Made by a program: the position numbers and the translations under genes. The notes beneath the pieces are model-generated. The model was not told the DNA's origin. It did not search any database and saw nothing but the letters and a program-made list of their open reading frames with translations. Positions 63,546 through 64,000 of a DNA stretch of 64,000 nucleotides are shown in pieces. The first letter of the stretch is position 1; every line of letters begins with the position of its first letter. The stretch is from positions 2,144,001-2,208,000 of the forward strand of contig CAXXLL010000003.1 in the NCBI GenBank assembly GCA_963662545.2, given 5' to 3'. The stretch is from Gammaproteobacteria bacterium (GTDB lineage Bacteria; Pseudomonadota; Gammaproteobacteria; Ga0077536).

Positions 63546-64000
63546 TCAAAGCGACGGCCGATAATCGCGCCAGGGTGCAGCGTTCTCGTACGCACTGGCC
63601 ATGCGAAAAACGGTCATGTCGTCATACGTCCGCCCGACGATCTGGATGCCGGTCGGAACACCCGTCTCCTTACAAACGCCGGCCGGGACGGCCATCACCG
63701 GACAGGTACTCACCATGTTGAATGGCCAGGTCAAAAGCCAGTTCAAATACGCCGGGACTTTTTTTCCGTTGATTGCGAAATCGGGATCGGCATTGTCGTG
63801 ATCCGCCTTCACCGCGGGGATCGCTAACGTCGGACAGATCAACACGTCGTAGGATTTCAGGATCGGCGCCAGCTTCTGAAACATCTCCCCGCGTACCAGG
63901 TTGACCTTGTAATGATCGGTCGCCGTGCGCGTCAGACCGCGTTCGATCATGCCGACGAAGAAAGGATCCATATCGTAGTGCCAGCGCCTTAAGACATCGC
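63546..64000 (-). CDS. Amidase-signature enzyme, C-terminal part (start outside the window)
   Basis: YDVLICPT, TWPFNM...PVMAVPAG...GVPTGIQIVGR..DD. Confidence 0.88.
   Translation of the reverse strand, partial: DVLRRWHYDMDPFFVGMIERGLTRTATDHYKVNLVRGEMFQKLAPILKSYDVLICPTLAIPAVKADHDNADPDFAINGKKVPAYLNWLLTWPFNMVSTCPVMAVPAGVCKETGVPTGIQIVGRTYDDMTVFRMASAYENAAPWRDYRPSL

Overview
GC-rich bacterial accessory region, probably gammaproteobacterial. A repeat-domain surface-protein fragment hints at a marine or sponge-associated lineage, but this is inference. About half the window is intact, nested or decayed IS elements (IS630, ISNCY, IS1595, IS66, IS3, IS21, IS4, IS6, IS91/ISCR). Between them lie: (i) a defence-rich left end, with an IS1595 transposase translationally coupled to a Dam-like MTase, a PD-(D/E)XK nuclease and a small Cys/His protein, plus a frameshifted fused R-M-S enzyme and a broken GmrSD; (ii) an orphan soxCD pair between inverted IS1595 copies; (iii) catabolic genes (coxS/coxM-like, RidA x3, VOC, TonB receptor, PQQ quinohaemoprotein, crotonase, amidohydrolases, LLM monooxygenase, MetE-like, amidase); (iv) a ~7.5 kb capsid-less satellite-like integrative element (integrase, DUF932, AlpA-like, primase, ATPase); (v) a stand-alone Ser/Thr kinase. 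The most unusual signals are four short palindromic micro-elements packed into one IS91/ISCR transposase gene, three of which share a covarying four-hairpin GNA-triloop fold; IS1595 elements carrying passenger genes; and several tyrosine-recombinase att scars at non-canonical sites inside IS genes. All calls come from reading the sequence by eye; no database searches were run.
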